From the sequence record NC_054916.1: a stretch of DNA of 64,000 bases; one strand, given 5' to 3'. How positions within the stretch are numbered: the stretch's first letter is position 1; every line of letters starts with the position of its first letter. This document shows positions 38,114-47,778 of the stretch, one piece after another. Both the position numbers and the translations under genes were made by a program. The DNA comes from Escherichia phage vB_EcoM-G28. Under the pieces are notes generated by a model. The model was not told the origin of the DNA and did no database searches. It was given only the letters and a program-made list of their open reading frames with translations.

Positions 38114-38140
38114 AAAAAGCCCCAACCTTTCGGTCGGGGC
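38114..38140 (-). terminator. Rho-independent terminator (GCCCCGACC-GAAA-GGTTGGGGC then UUUUU on minus strand)
   Basis: Hairpin plus T-run at the 3' end of the stable-RNA region. Confidence 0.6.
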
Positions 38141-38145
38141 TAAGC

Positions 38146-38457
38146 CTTGCGGCAACCTTGTCGGGGTTCCACCTGCTAAGGCAAGTGTTTGTACGAAACG
38201 CCGGGATTCGAACCCGGTTATTAAGCAGTTGACGCTACTCAATATTTTTAAAAGGCCATATCTCGACCATATCCGAACGTTCCGTCAAAAACGCTACTCG
38301 GCTTACGGCAAAGATATTTCCTCGAATCGATAATTCGGTGCGCCGTTTCTGCTGTGATGTAAGGGGATATTAACAAATCATAAAGATTTATTAAGACCAG
38401 TCCTTACTCAGGGAACATCAGTCCGACGTCTTGCCGGTAGCGACCCGGCTTCTTGTC
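38146..38457 (-). ncRNA. Stable small-RNA region (position of T4 species 1/2 RNAs rnaC/rnaD)
   Basis: Non-coding 310 nt between tRNA-Arg and a terminator; tRNA-like T-arm CCGGGTTCGAATCCCGG; exact RNA ends not determined. Confidence 0.4.
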
Positions 38458-38460
38458 TGG

Positions 38461-38533
38461 TCGAGGCAGTAGGGATCGAACCTACGACCCAGGACTTAGA
38501 AGGTCCTTGCTCTTCCTTCTGAGCTATGCCCCG
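38461..38533 (-). tRNA. tRNA-Arg: tRNA-Arg (anticodon UCU)
   Basis: Cloverleaf folded by hand: 7-bp acceptor stem, anticodon loop CTTCTAA, T-loop GGTTCGATCC. Confidence 0.85.
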
Positions 38534-38536
38534 TAA

Positions 38537-39202
38537 TTAAAATTTCATTTTTCGACCTTTAAACCATCCTTCTGGAATTGGGTCAGTTTTCTTAATACGT
38601 TTAGAAACTTTTTCATCTAATGAATGAATCCACATCATACCAAATTGGGAATTCTTTTCGCCCTGTTGGTGTTTATTTCTGGCGTGAGATTCTTTCATTT
38701 TATTAATAGTTTCATCTGAATGGGACTTACCCAAGAAAGATTTAGTATTTGAAAATTTCTCTCTATACTTAGGATTATCCCAAAGCTGTTTAAACCTTTC
38801 TGAACCCATTTTACGATATTTTTCTTTAAGGTCTGGGTCGTTCTCAAATCTGGTTTTAAAAGCGGCAACTCCTTTTAAGGAAGCTTCTTTCTTTTTATCC
38901 AAATATTCTTTAGTGTTTAAATGGTCCCAACCACCTTCACCACCTAATTTCAAATTATAAACGTCAGGGCGCTTTAAAAACTCTTCAGTCACAATATTCT
39001 TTTCTGACTCAAACATAGAGGTTTTATCGTCAAAGAACTCTAATATTTCTTTAGAGAAATTTTCTATACCATACTTGTCTTGGGCTCTTTTTAATAATTT
39101 ACCAGAACCCATATATCCATCATCTAAATTTTCGGTAGAATGAGCGCCTATATAGATTTTATTATTAATTTTATTTGTTATTTTATAAGTGTAATGGAAC
39201 AT
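38537..39202 (-). mobile_element. segB: GIY-YIG homing endonuclease SegB in the tRNA cluster
   Basis: 221 aa; N-terminal YTYKIT...IYIGAHS GIY-YIG motif; same size and location as T4 segB. Confidence 0.8.
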
Positions 39203-39241
39203 AAATATCTCCTATTTCTAAGAGTATTTATGTTCCCAAAA

Positions 39242-39313
39242 TATGGCCCTGGGTGGAATTGAACCACCATCTGGCGATTATGAGTCGCTTGCTTGAACCT
39301 TCCAGCTACAGGG
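39242..39313 (-). tRNA. tRNA-Ile: tRNA-Ile (anticodon CAU, lysidine-type)
   Basis: Cloverleaf folded by hand; anticodon loop CTCATAA; T-loop GGTTCAATTCC. Confidence 0.8.
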
Positions 39314-39319
39314 CCTTGA

Positions 39320-39392
39320 TATGCTGATTGACGGAATCGAACCGCCGACGTCCTCATTACAAGTGAGGTGCTCTACCTACTGAGCTAAATCA
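39320..39392 (-). tRNA. tRNA-Thr: tRNA-Thr (anticodon UGU)
   Basis: Acceptor GCTGATT/AATCAGC; anticodon loop CTTGTAA. Confidence 0.85.
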
Positions 39393-39399
39393 GCGAAAT

Positions 39400-39486
39400 T
39401 ACGGAGGCGATAGGATTTGAACCTATGAGTCGCCGGAGCGACTGCCGGTTTTCAAGACCGGTGCATTAAACCACTCTGCCACGCCT
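39400..39486 (-). tRNA. tRNA-Ser: tRNA-Ser (anticodon UGA), long variable arm
   Basis: Acceptor GGAGGCG/CGCCTCC; anticodon loop CTTGAAA; 87 nt. Confidence 0.85.
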
Positions 39487-39488
39487 CC

Positions 39489-39562
39489 AGTCTCCATACA
39501 AGGATTTGAACCTTGGACCTCCTGATCCCAAATCAGGCGCTCTACCAAACTGAGCTACACGG
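39489..39562 (-). tRNA. tRNA-Pro: tRNA-Pro (anticodon UGG)
   Basis: Anticodon loop TTTGGGA; T-loop GGTTCAAATCC; 2 nt from tRNA-Ser. Confidence 0.85.
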
Positions 39563-39575
39563 AGTAAATTAAATT

Positions 39576-39648
<73 letters not shown>

Positions 39649-39655
39649 AAACTTT

Positions 39656-39739
39656 GGTACGAGAAGTGGGACTCGAACCCACAAGGAAATCATTCCGCAG
39701 CATTTTAAGTGCTGTGCCTTTACCAATTTGACCATTCTC
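39656..39739 (-). tRNA. tRNA-Leu: tRNA-Leu (anticodon UAA), long variable arm
   Basis: Acceptor GCGAGAA/TTCTCGT; anticodon loop CTTAAAA; CCA encoded. Confidence 0.85.
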
Positions 39740-39740
39740 G

Positions 39741-39813
39741 CGCTGGGAATAAAGGACTCGAACCTTTGCATCCTGGAATCAAAATCCAGTGCCTTACCAA
39801 CTTGGCTAATTCC
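39741..39813 (-). tRNA. tRNA-Gln: tRNA-Gln (anticodon UUG)
   Basis: Acceptor TGGGAAT/ATTCCCA; anticodon loop TTTTGAT. Confidence 0.85.
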
Positions 39814-39912
39814 CAATTATTAACAAAGGCTCTTAAGCAAGAACCCTTGATGATAGAGGGTATTAATCAGTGCGGTATGAGTTAATAATAACAAATAATT
39901 CTTAAAGCATAT

Positions 39913-40206
39913 TTACCATTTATGATAATACATATTTACGATGCATTCAAGACCCAAAGGATTCTTGAAAATATCATATTCAAGAGGACCTTTTTCTGTT
40001 TCAATAAAGAAATCAAAATTTACTGTATTAAATTTACGGTCTTCCTTTACTAATTTAACTTGAGAAGATGAACGGTCAATGTAAACCTTTTCAACTTCAA
40101 AACATGTTAAAATGCCATAATCATCAATCAAGGCTTTAGCTGCTTCTTGATCATATTTATATCCATTTTCAATGGATGATACTTTCGCATAAAGAATCAT
40201 TATCAA
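39913..40206 (-). CDS. Hypothetical protein (97 aa)
   Basis: ORF in track. Confidence 0.5.
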   Translation of the reverse strand: MIMILYAKVSSIENGYKYDQEAAKALIDDYGILTCFEVEKVYIDRSSSQVKLVKEDRKFNTVNFDFFIETEKGPLEYDIFKNPLGLECIVNMYYHKW

Positions 40207-40586
40207 CCTTCATCAACAATAGTGTGCGTATTGGCATTAACTATTTGCCACCAATCAAAGCGATTAAAACCATACATCGGTTTGTTTTCATTTTCTTTGA
40301 TAATGTCACGGAGTTCATCTTCGGTAGCGGCTTTCGCTATTAAATCAGCATATCCACCACGAGGATAATAATTATCACCTGCAAAAAGTAAAAAGTTTGG
40401 TTTAATGTTATTGAACTCTTCAAGAGTAATAACTTTTCCTGATGGTAGTTGAACAATCTCTACATATTTATATCCCAATTTTTGAGCAGCATCTACTGCT
40501 TCAAGCAAAGTATCATGAGCCCATCCAATTTGACAACCTGGCTTTTCAGATGGATTAGCCTGATAATCCGCATACACTTTGTACAT
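40203..40586 (-). CDS. Hypothetical protein (about 127 aa from MYKVYADYQ)
   Basis: ORF trimmed to ATG overlapping the upstream stop. Confidence 0.5.
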   Translation of the reverse strand: MYKVYADYQANPSEKPGCQIGWAHDTLLEAVDAAQKLGYKYVEIVQLPSGKVITLEEFNNIKPNFLLFAGDNYYPRGGYADLIAKAATEDELRDIIKENENKPMYGFNRFDWWQIVNANTHTIVDEG

Positions 40587-40587
40587 T

Positions 40588-40773
40588 CTATTCACCTTTA
40601 GAAATTTTATCCATAACGATAGCAATTAAACCAATTAAAAATGCTACTACAAGTGAAAAAACATTTTCTGCTGTAGTCAATAATCCGCATATAAATCCAA
40701 CAAACATTGAAAAACTAAAAGCGGAAGCAGAAATTGCAATAGCAACATTTCGAATTAATTCACAACGTTTCAT
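40588..40773 (-). CDS. Small membrane protein (61 aa)
   Basis: Two hydrophobic segments; GAGGAG SD. Confidence 0.45.
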   Translation of the reverse strand: MKRCELIRNVAIAISASAFSFSMFVGFICGLLTTAENVFSLVVAFLIGLIAIVMDKISKGE

Positions 40774-40801
40774 TTTATTCTCCTCAGTAGTTGATAGGGT
40801 A

Positions 40802-40831
40802 ATAGTATCACAACTAAAACCCTATGTAAAC
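40802..40831 (-). promoter_or_regulatory. Early promoter (GTTTAC, 18-nt spacer, TACTAT)
   Basis: Conserved early-promoter repeat. Confidence 0.6.
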
Positions 40832-40849
40832 AACTTTGTGAAATATTTA

Positions 40850-41140
40850 TTACAAAAGATTTTTAGCAATAATCTTGAGATGTGCCGCAGAAATGTGTTT
40901 AGCTTTAAACAACGCAGTTTCTTCAGCAGGAGAGATAACGATTGTAGCACCATCCTTTTTAGCAGACCACCCATCACCTAGGTAAACAGTACCTTTGATT
41001 TCTTCGCCATCAACCAGACTAATCATTGGTTTACCTTCTCGTCCTTTATTTGCTTTAATAACTTCAGAAGTAAGAGTAGCTTCGGTAATGGTAGAAACCG
41101 GGGTAGTTGTAGTAGAAGTAAATTCTTTAAATGTTTTCAT
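40850..41140 (-). CDS. Internal-protein-like gene at the ipI position next to 57B (96 aa)
   Basis: N-terminus MKTFKEF resembles the capsid targeting sequence, with ITE-A protease site; own early promoter. Confidence 0.55.
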   Translation of the reverse strand: MKTFKEFTSTTTTPVSTITEATLTSEVIKANKGREGKPMISLVDGEEIKGTVYLGDGWSAKKDGATIVISPAEETALFKAKHISAAHLKIIAKNLL

Positions 41141-41170
41141 TTTATTTTCCTAATTAATTTTGATGAGGTA

Positions 41171-41200
41171 ATAGTATCACTACCTCATCAGTATGTAAAC
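41171..41200 (-). promoter_or_regulatory. Early promoter (GTTTAC, 18-nt spacer, TACTAT)
   Basis: Conserved early-promoter repeat. Confidence 0.6.
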
Positions 41201-41212
41201 AACTTTGTGAAA

Positions 41213-41909
<697 letters not shown>

Positions 41910-41910
<1 letters not shown>

Positions 41911-42635
41911 TATAGTACCTTTAGTGTATTTTTAATTTTAGAAAAAAGTTCTTCAAGAGAACCATCGTTTGTAATTACTAAATCGCCATCACGAATTGGC
42001 AATCCAGCTTCTGTAATATGTGTATCATTGGATTTTTGACCAGGACGAACTACATGAATTACTGTAGCACCCATCGCCCTAGCCGCATCCATTTCATGAT
42101 CTTGACGGGTATCAGGAACGATATAATAATCATAACCTGAGTTAAATTTATCAAGATAATCTAAAGCAAATAATTTTACCCAGTACATGCGGTCGAAGTT
42201 ATTAACAATCAAATCCGTACCTAGGGCTTGCATCAGACGACGGACTGACCATTGATCTTCAATATTATTTATAACGTCAATAATCTTGTTAAATGCTACG
42301 GAATTAACTGATTCTTGTCCTTCGTCATCAAAAACAAACACACCCTTAATTGGGCTTTTACCATTAAGATAGCAAAATGCTTGTTCCATAATCGTGATTA
42401 CTTCTAATTTAGTCAGATTTAAATTAGTCTCACGATCATAGTCAATTCCTTCAAACTCTTTACGAGTTAAGCAAGGATAGTCAGTGTTTGCTGCAAATAC
42501 TCCCCATGCATAAGCCAATGCATCCTTAATAGGACCAGCAAGTTGGTATTTAACTGCAGAATAATTGCTCATGATAAAATCAGCAGTAGTATCTTTTCCA
42601 CTACGCTTTACACCGCTTAAAAAGATTAGTTTCAT
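41910..42635 (-). CDS. 1: Deoxynucleoside monophosphate kinase gp1
   Basis: 241 aa from MKLIFLSGVKRSGKDTTADF (P-loop). Confidence 0.93.
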
Positions 42636-42684
42636 GTGTTTCTCCTCAAATTTAATTAAGATTATAACACACAAAACTGAAGCA

Positions 42685-43215
42685 TTAAACTTCTGCTATA
42701 ATTTTTCCATCTTTTTCTACTTGAAAATAGGTGTAAGGAATCGTTGCAGTACATACTAAAGCCGGGTCTGAATCTTCTGTGTAGCTAAATTCTACTTCAG
42801 ATAGGTCAGAAACCCAAGGCTTATAAAAATTTATTGACATCACGATTTCAGTTTTGCTATTATCTAAGATGTAAAGCGTAATGTACTCAGGACCTGTTTT
42901 TTGGGCAGTATTTTCACCTGTAAGATAGTTGCTAGTTCCTAGCATCCATTCATACATTCCTATCCACGACTTAAGTTCTTCATCAACTATAAATCTCACG
43001 ATGAGTGGATCGTACTCAAATGTAACTCCTGGACGTTGTGCTCGGCCCAGTCCAAATGGCCCAGTCACGGTATCAGTAACAGGTATTCTAATTCCTGGAA
43101 TAGGAACTGACTGGGCATTTAAAGTAAAAGCAGATGTAGTATTACTATGTGGTATTGATACTACAAAGTTAGTTGTATTTGCTTGGTTAAAAATTTGTTG
43201 CAGAGCTTGCGACAT
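42685..43215 (-). CDS. 3: Tail completion / sheath stabiliser gp3
   Basis: 176 aa from MSQALQQ; size and position as T4 gp3. Confidence 0.8.
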   Translation of the reverse strand: MSQALQQIFNQANTTNFVVSIPHSNTTSAFTLNAQSVPIPGIRIPVTDTVTGPFGLGRAQRPGVTFEYDPLIVRFIVDEELKSWIGMYEWMLGTSNYLTGENTAQKTGPEYITLYILDNSKTEIVMSINFYKPWVSDLSEVEFSYTEDSDPALVCTATIPYTYFQVEKDGKIIAEV

Positions 43216-43321
43216 ATATTCCTCATAATGCTTTATAACTGTTGGTGGTATAATGGGTCTAAGTCCCTTCCATTCAATTCCATTTAGAACAAACAACAGA
43301 AAAGAATGGAAGATAATAGAA

Positions 43322-44146
43322 TTAGATATTTGACCAGACTTTGTTTGCAGAGAAACGTTTTCCTTTTGAAACGAACTGCTGAAGTGGCATCAACACAACG
43401 TTCGCCCAGTCTTTCGGGGCGATTTCAACAAGGCTACCCATAATATTACCGGGTATATATGCCTTAATCATTTGGTCTGCACCCCTAAATCCTTTCACTT
43501 GACTCCAATCAATTTTTAATTTCGTTTTATTAGTAATAGTAGGTGTATTTGCATATTGCTTTAAAAGCTCTTCTAGGAATTGCTGACGAGCTTTAGGTGG
43601 AATATAGTGCAAGTTTAATCCGTACATTAAATTATGCTTACCTAAACCAAGGTAAATTATCAAAGGAAATTTATCCCAGTAAGGAAGAGTTTCCTTGTGT
43701 TTAGCATCATAAGCAAAAGCATATATTCGTCCCGGCTGCGGGCGAACAACTTTATGTCCTTTTACTTGCTTAATAGTTTCAGCAAACCACTTTCTGGTTT
43801 TATTATTAATTGCTGCACCTTCATTACGAATTTTATCACGCAATGTTTGTCTGAATGAATTTATCATAAGCAGTTGTCTTTCTTGCTTATTGAGTTTATT
43901 CATTGGTTTTGATTCAAGCTTTTGAATCTTTTCAGCCGTTTTAATTCCTGAAGCATATTTTGACATTGCTGAAGTAAACGTAGAGTATTTGATTCCTCTT
44001 TCTTCAGCAAATTGCTTTCCTGTCATTCCTTTTGCTTTGGCCTTTTTATATTCAAGACCTATCTGAATCCATTTCTTTTCGTTTAATGATTGCTTAACCT
44101 TTGGAACTTGGGGAGTGCTTTCATTAATTATTTGAAAAATAGCCAT
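43322..44146 (-). CDS. 2: DNA end protector gp2
   Basis: 274 aa basic protein; size and position as T4 gp2. Confidence 0.8.
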
Positions 44147-44598
44147 TATGCCCCCTTAAAGCCAAGAGCTCGTAATCCATCTTCTGTTAGAATTCTAAAT
44201 TTTATTCCACGCTTTTCAGCTAAAGACTGTGCTGCTTTCCATTTGTCGGTATTAACAGAATATGTATAAATTTCATTCATAAATCTTTTCTTCGCTGCAG
44301 TTGTTAGATGTGCTGGTTTAACTGGTGGTTGTGTTTCTTTTTTAGGTTTTATTTCAATAAAAAATTCTTGTCCAGAAGAATCTTTCATCCAAATATCCAT
44401 GAAGTATCTACGTTTTTTCCCTTCGGCATTACAAAAATAAGGAATTACTGCTGTTTCACTACCCCATGCAATAATTTCTGGATTTTTATCTAACCATTCA
44501 AAAAAGAATTTTTCCCAATTTGATCTATACGTAATTTTTTTAGGGTCACCTCTATACTTTGATATATTTTTAGGAACCCATTTTCCAGAATATGCCAT
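44146..44598 (-). CDS. 4: Head completion protein gp4
   Basis: 150 aa; size and position as T4 gp4. Confidence 0.8.
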
Positions 44599-44609
44599 TG
44601 GATTCTCCT

Positions 44610-44617
44610 TATAAATA
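44610..44617 (+). promoter_or_regulatory. Late promoter TATAAATA for gene 53
   Basis: Exact octamer 28 nt upstream of the gene 53 ATG. Confidence 0.6.
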
Positions 44618-44624
44618 GATAATA

Positions 44625-44632
44625 TATTTATA
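44625..44632 (-). promoter_or_regulatory. Late promoter TATAAATA (minus strand) for gene 4, divergent from the gene 53 promoter
   Basis: Exact octamer on the minus strand 27 nt upstream of the gene 4 ATG. Confidence 0.55.
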
Positions 44633-44645
44633 AACAGGAGGGCCC

Positions 44646-45236
44646 ATGCTCTTTACATTTTTTGATCCGATTGAATATGCGGCCAAAACTGTGAATAAAA
44701 ACGCGCCGACTATTCCTATGACAGATATTTTTAGAAACTATAAAGACTATTTTAAACGCGCTCTTGCGGGATACCGCTTACGTACTTATTATATCAAAGG
44801 TTCACCACGCCCAGAAGAATTAGCAAATACTATATATGGAAATCCGCAGTTGTATTGGGTTTTATTGATGTGTAATGATAATTATGATCCGTATTATGGA
44901 TGGATTACTTCACAAGAAGCAGCTTATCAAGCATCTATACAAAAATACAAAAATGTAGGTGGAGACCAAATAGTATATCATGTGAATGAGAACGGTGAAA
45001 AATTTTATAATTTAATATCATACGATGATAATCCATATGTTTGGTATGATAAAGGCGATAAAGCTAGAAAATATCCTCAATATGAAGGAGCACTTGCTGC
45101 GGTCGATACGTATGAAGCTGCTGTTCTTGAAAATGAAAAACTTCGTCAAATAAAAATAATAGCAAAATCAGACATCAATTCATTTATGAACGACCTTATA
45201 CGTATAATGGAGAAATCTTATGGAAATGATAAGTAA
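44646..45236 (+). CDS. 53: Baseplate wedge protein gp53
   Basis: 196 aa; first plus-strand late gene, as in T4. Confidence 0.88.
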   Translation: MLFTFFDPIEYAAKTVNKNAPTIPMTDIFRNYKDYFKRALAGYRLRTYYIKGSPRPEELANTIYGNPQLYWVLLMCNDNYDPYYGWITSQEAAYQASIQKYKNVGGDQIVYHVNENGEKFYNLISYDDNPYVWYDKGDKARKYPQYEGALAAVDTYEAAVLENEKLRQIKIIAKSDINSFMNDLIRIMEKSYGNDK

Positions 45237-46947
45237 TAACCTTAATTGGTTTGTCGGTGTTGTTGAAGATAGAATGGACCCATTAAAATTAGGTCGTGTT
45301 CGTGTTCGTGTGGTTGGTCTGCATCCACCTCAAAGAGCGCAAGGTGATGTAATGGGTATTCCAACTGAAAAATTACCATGGATGTCAGTTATTCAACCTA
45401 TAACTTCTGCAGCGATGTCAGGAATTGGAGGTTCTGTTACAGGACCAGTAGAAGGAACTAGAGTTTATGGTCATTTTTTAGACAAATGGAAAACTAACGG
45501 AATTGTCCTTGGCACGTATGGTGGAATAGTTCGCGAAAAACCGAATAGACTTGAAGGATTTTCTGACCCAACTGGGCAATATCCTAGACGTTTAGGAAAT
45601 GATACTAACGTATTAAACCAAGGCGGAGAAGTAGGATATGATTCCTCTTCTAACGTTATTCAAGATAGTAACTTAGACACTGCAATAAATCCCGATGATA
45701 GACCACTATCAGAGATTCCAACCGATGATAATCCAAATATGTCAATGGCTGAAATGCTTCGCCGTGATGAAGGATTAAGACTAAAAGTTTATTGGGATAC
45801 CGAAGGATATCCGACAATTGGTATTGGTCATCTTATCATGAAGCAGCCAGTTCGTGATATGGCTCAAATTAATAAAGTTTTATCAAAACAAGTTGGTCGT
45901 GAAATTACTGGAAACCCAGGTTCTATTACAATGGAAGAGGCGACGACTTTATTTGAGCGTGATTTGGCTGATATGCAACGGGACATTAAATCACATTCTA
46001 AAGTAGGACCAGTCTGGCAAGCTGTCAACCGTTCTCGTCAAATGGCATTAGAAAATATGGCATTTCAAATGGGTGTTGGCGGTGTAGCTAAATTTAACAC
46101 AATGTTAACTGCTATGTTAGCCGGAGATTGGGAAAAAGCATATAAAGCCGGTCGTGATTCATTGTGGTATCAACAAACAAAAGGCCGTGCATCCCGTGTT
46201 ACCATGATTATTCTTACGGGGAATTTGGAATCATATGGTGTTGAAGTGAAAACCCCAGCTAGGTCTCTATCAGCAATGGCTGCTACTGTAGCTAAATCTT
46301 CTGACCCTGCTGACCCTCCTATTCCAAATGACTCGAGAATTTTATTCAAAGAACCAGTTTCTTCATATAAAGGTGAATATCCTTATGTGCATACAATGGA
46401 AACTGAAAGCGGACATATTCAGGAATTTGATGATACCCCTGGGCAAGAACGATATAGATTAGTTCATCCAACTGGAACTTATGAAGAAGTATCACCGTCA
46501 GGAAGAAGAACAAGAAAAACTGTTGATAATTTGTATGATATAACAAATGCTGATGGTAATTTTTTGGTAGCCGGTGATAAAAAGACTAACGTCGGTGGAT
46601 CAGAAATTTATTACAACATGGATAATCGTCTTCACCAGATAGATGGAAGTAATACAATATTTGTACGTGGCGATGAAACTAAGACAGTTGAAGGTAATGG
46701 AACTATCTTAGTTAAAGGTAATGTTACTATTATAGTTGAAGGTAATGCTGACATTACAGTTAAAGGAGATGCTACCACTTTAGTTGAAGGAAATCAAACC
46801 AATACAGTAAATGGAAATCTTTCTTGGAAAGTTGCCGGGACAGTTGATTGGGACGTTGGTGGTGATTGGACAGAAAAAATGGCATCTATGAGTTCTATTT
46901 CATCTGGTCAATACACAATTGATGGATCGAGGATTGACATTGGCTAA
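45220..46947 (+). CDS. 5: Baseplate hub / tail lysozyme gp5
   Basis: 575 aa; central lysozyme domain MAEMLRRDEGLRLKVYWDTEGYPTIGIGHLI; C-terminal beta-helix repeats VEGNGTILVKGNVTIIVEGNADITVKGD. Confidence 0.96.
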   Translation: MEMISNNLNWFVGVVEDRMDPLKLGRVRVRVVGLHPPQRAQGDVMGIPTEKLPWMSVIQPITSAAMSGIGGSVTGPVEGTRVYGHFLDKWKTNGIVLGTYGGIVREKPNRLEGFSDPTGQYPRRLGNDTNVLNQGGEVGYDSSSNVIQDSNLDTAINPDDRPLSEIPTDDNPNMSMAEMLRRDEGLRLKVYWDTEGYPTIGIGHLIMKQPVRDMAQINKVLSKQVGREITGNPGSITMEEATTLFERDLADMQRDIKSHSKVGPVWQAVNRSRQMALENMAFQMGVGGVAKFNTMLTAMLAGDWEKAYKAGRDSLWYQQTKGRASRVTMIILTGNLESYGVEVKTPARSLSAMAATVAKSSDPADPPIPNDSRILFKEPVSSYKGEYPYVHTMETESGHIQEFDDTPGQERYRLVHPTGTYEEVSPSGRRTRKTVDNLYDITNADGNFLVAGDKKTNVGGSEIYYNMDNRLHQIDGSNTIFVRGDETKTVEGNGTILVKGNVTIIVEGNADITVKGDATTLVEGNQTNTVNGNLSWKVAGTVDWDVGGDWTEKMASMSSISSGQYTIDGSRIDIG

Positions 46948-46957
46948 TATATTTCCA

Positions 46958-47476
46958 ATGAGCGCTGATTTAGGAGAATCCATGGAAGGTTCTTCTATCG
47001 ACGTCACCTTTACCGCTCAATTAGAAACAGGTGAAACGTTAGTATCTATAAATATAACTAGTTATGAAGAAACTCCTGGGGTTTTAGTAGAAGAAAATCG
47101 CTTATATGGAACATATGAATCTGTATTTGGATTTGGAAATGACGCATTGAAATATCGTTTAGGCGATGAATTTAAAACTGCTGCTTCATGGGAAGAACTT
47201 CCTACTGATTCTGATACTCAGTTGTATTTGTGGAAAGCTCCTCAAAACCTCCAGAAGACATTCACTTACGAAGTAACATTAATATATGACTACCAAGAAC
47301 AAAGTGAATCTGGAGGTTCTGGCAGTAATTCTAGGTCATCTTCTGATACTACTGAACCGACAGATCCTCCTGCTCCAGTAAGAAAAACACTTGTTAAAAA
47401 TTATACTAAAACTATAGTTGGAAATTGGAGTCGTTGGGCTAATAAACTGAGAAGCTATGTATATGAGAGGCCATAA
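46958..47476 (+). CDS. Hypothetical late protein between gp5 and gp5.4 (gene 5.1 position)
   Basis: ORF in track trimmed to ATG after the gp5 stop; Ser-rich C-terminal half. Confidence 0.5.
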   Translation: MSADLGESMEGSSIDVTFTAQLETGETLVSINITSYEETPGVLVEENRLYGTYESVFGFGNDALKYRLGDEFKTAASWEELPTDSDTQLYLWKAPQNLQKTFTYEVTLIYDYQEQSESGGSGSNSRSSSDTTEPTDPPAPVRKTLVKNYTKTIVGNWSRWANKLRSYVYERP

Positions 47477-47770
47477 ATGTCAGGATTAAGTTATGATAAG
47501 TGTGTTACTGCTGGCCATGAAGCGTGGCCTCCAACAATTGTGAATGCTACACAAAGTAAAGTATTCACTGGAGGAATTGCTGTTCTCGTAGCAGGCGATC
47601 CAATTACAGAACATACAGAAATTAAAAAGCCGTATGAAACACATGGCGGAGTGACACAACCCAGAACTTCTAAAGTATATGTCACTGGAAAGAAAGCTGT
47701 TCAAATGGCTGATCCAATATCATGCGGTGATACTGTGGCTCAGGCATCATCTAAAGTATTCATTAAATAG
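47477..47770 (+). CDS. 5.4: PAAR-repeat spike tip protein gp5.4
   Basis: 97 aa; same size and position as T4 gp5.4. Confidence 0.75.
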   Translation: MSGLSYDKCVTAGHEAWPPTIVNATQSKVFTGGIAVLVAGDPITEHTEIKKPYETHGGVTQPRTSKVYVTGKKAVQMADPISCGDTVAQASSKVFIK

Positions 47771-47778
47771 GATTTAAA

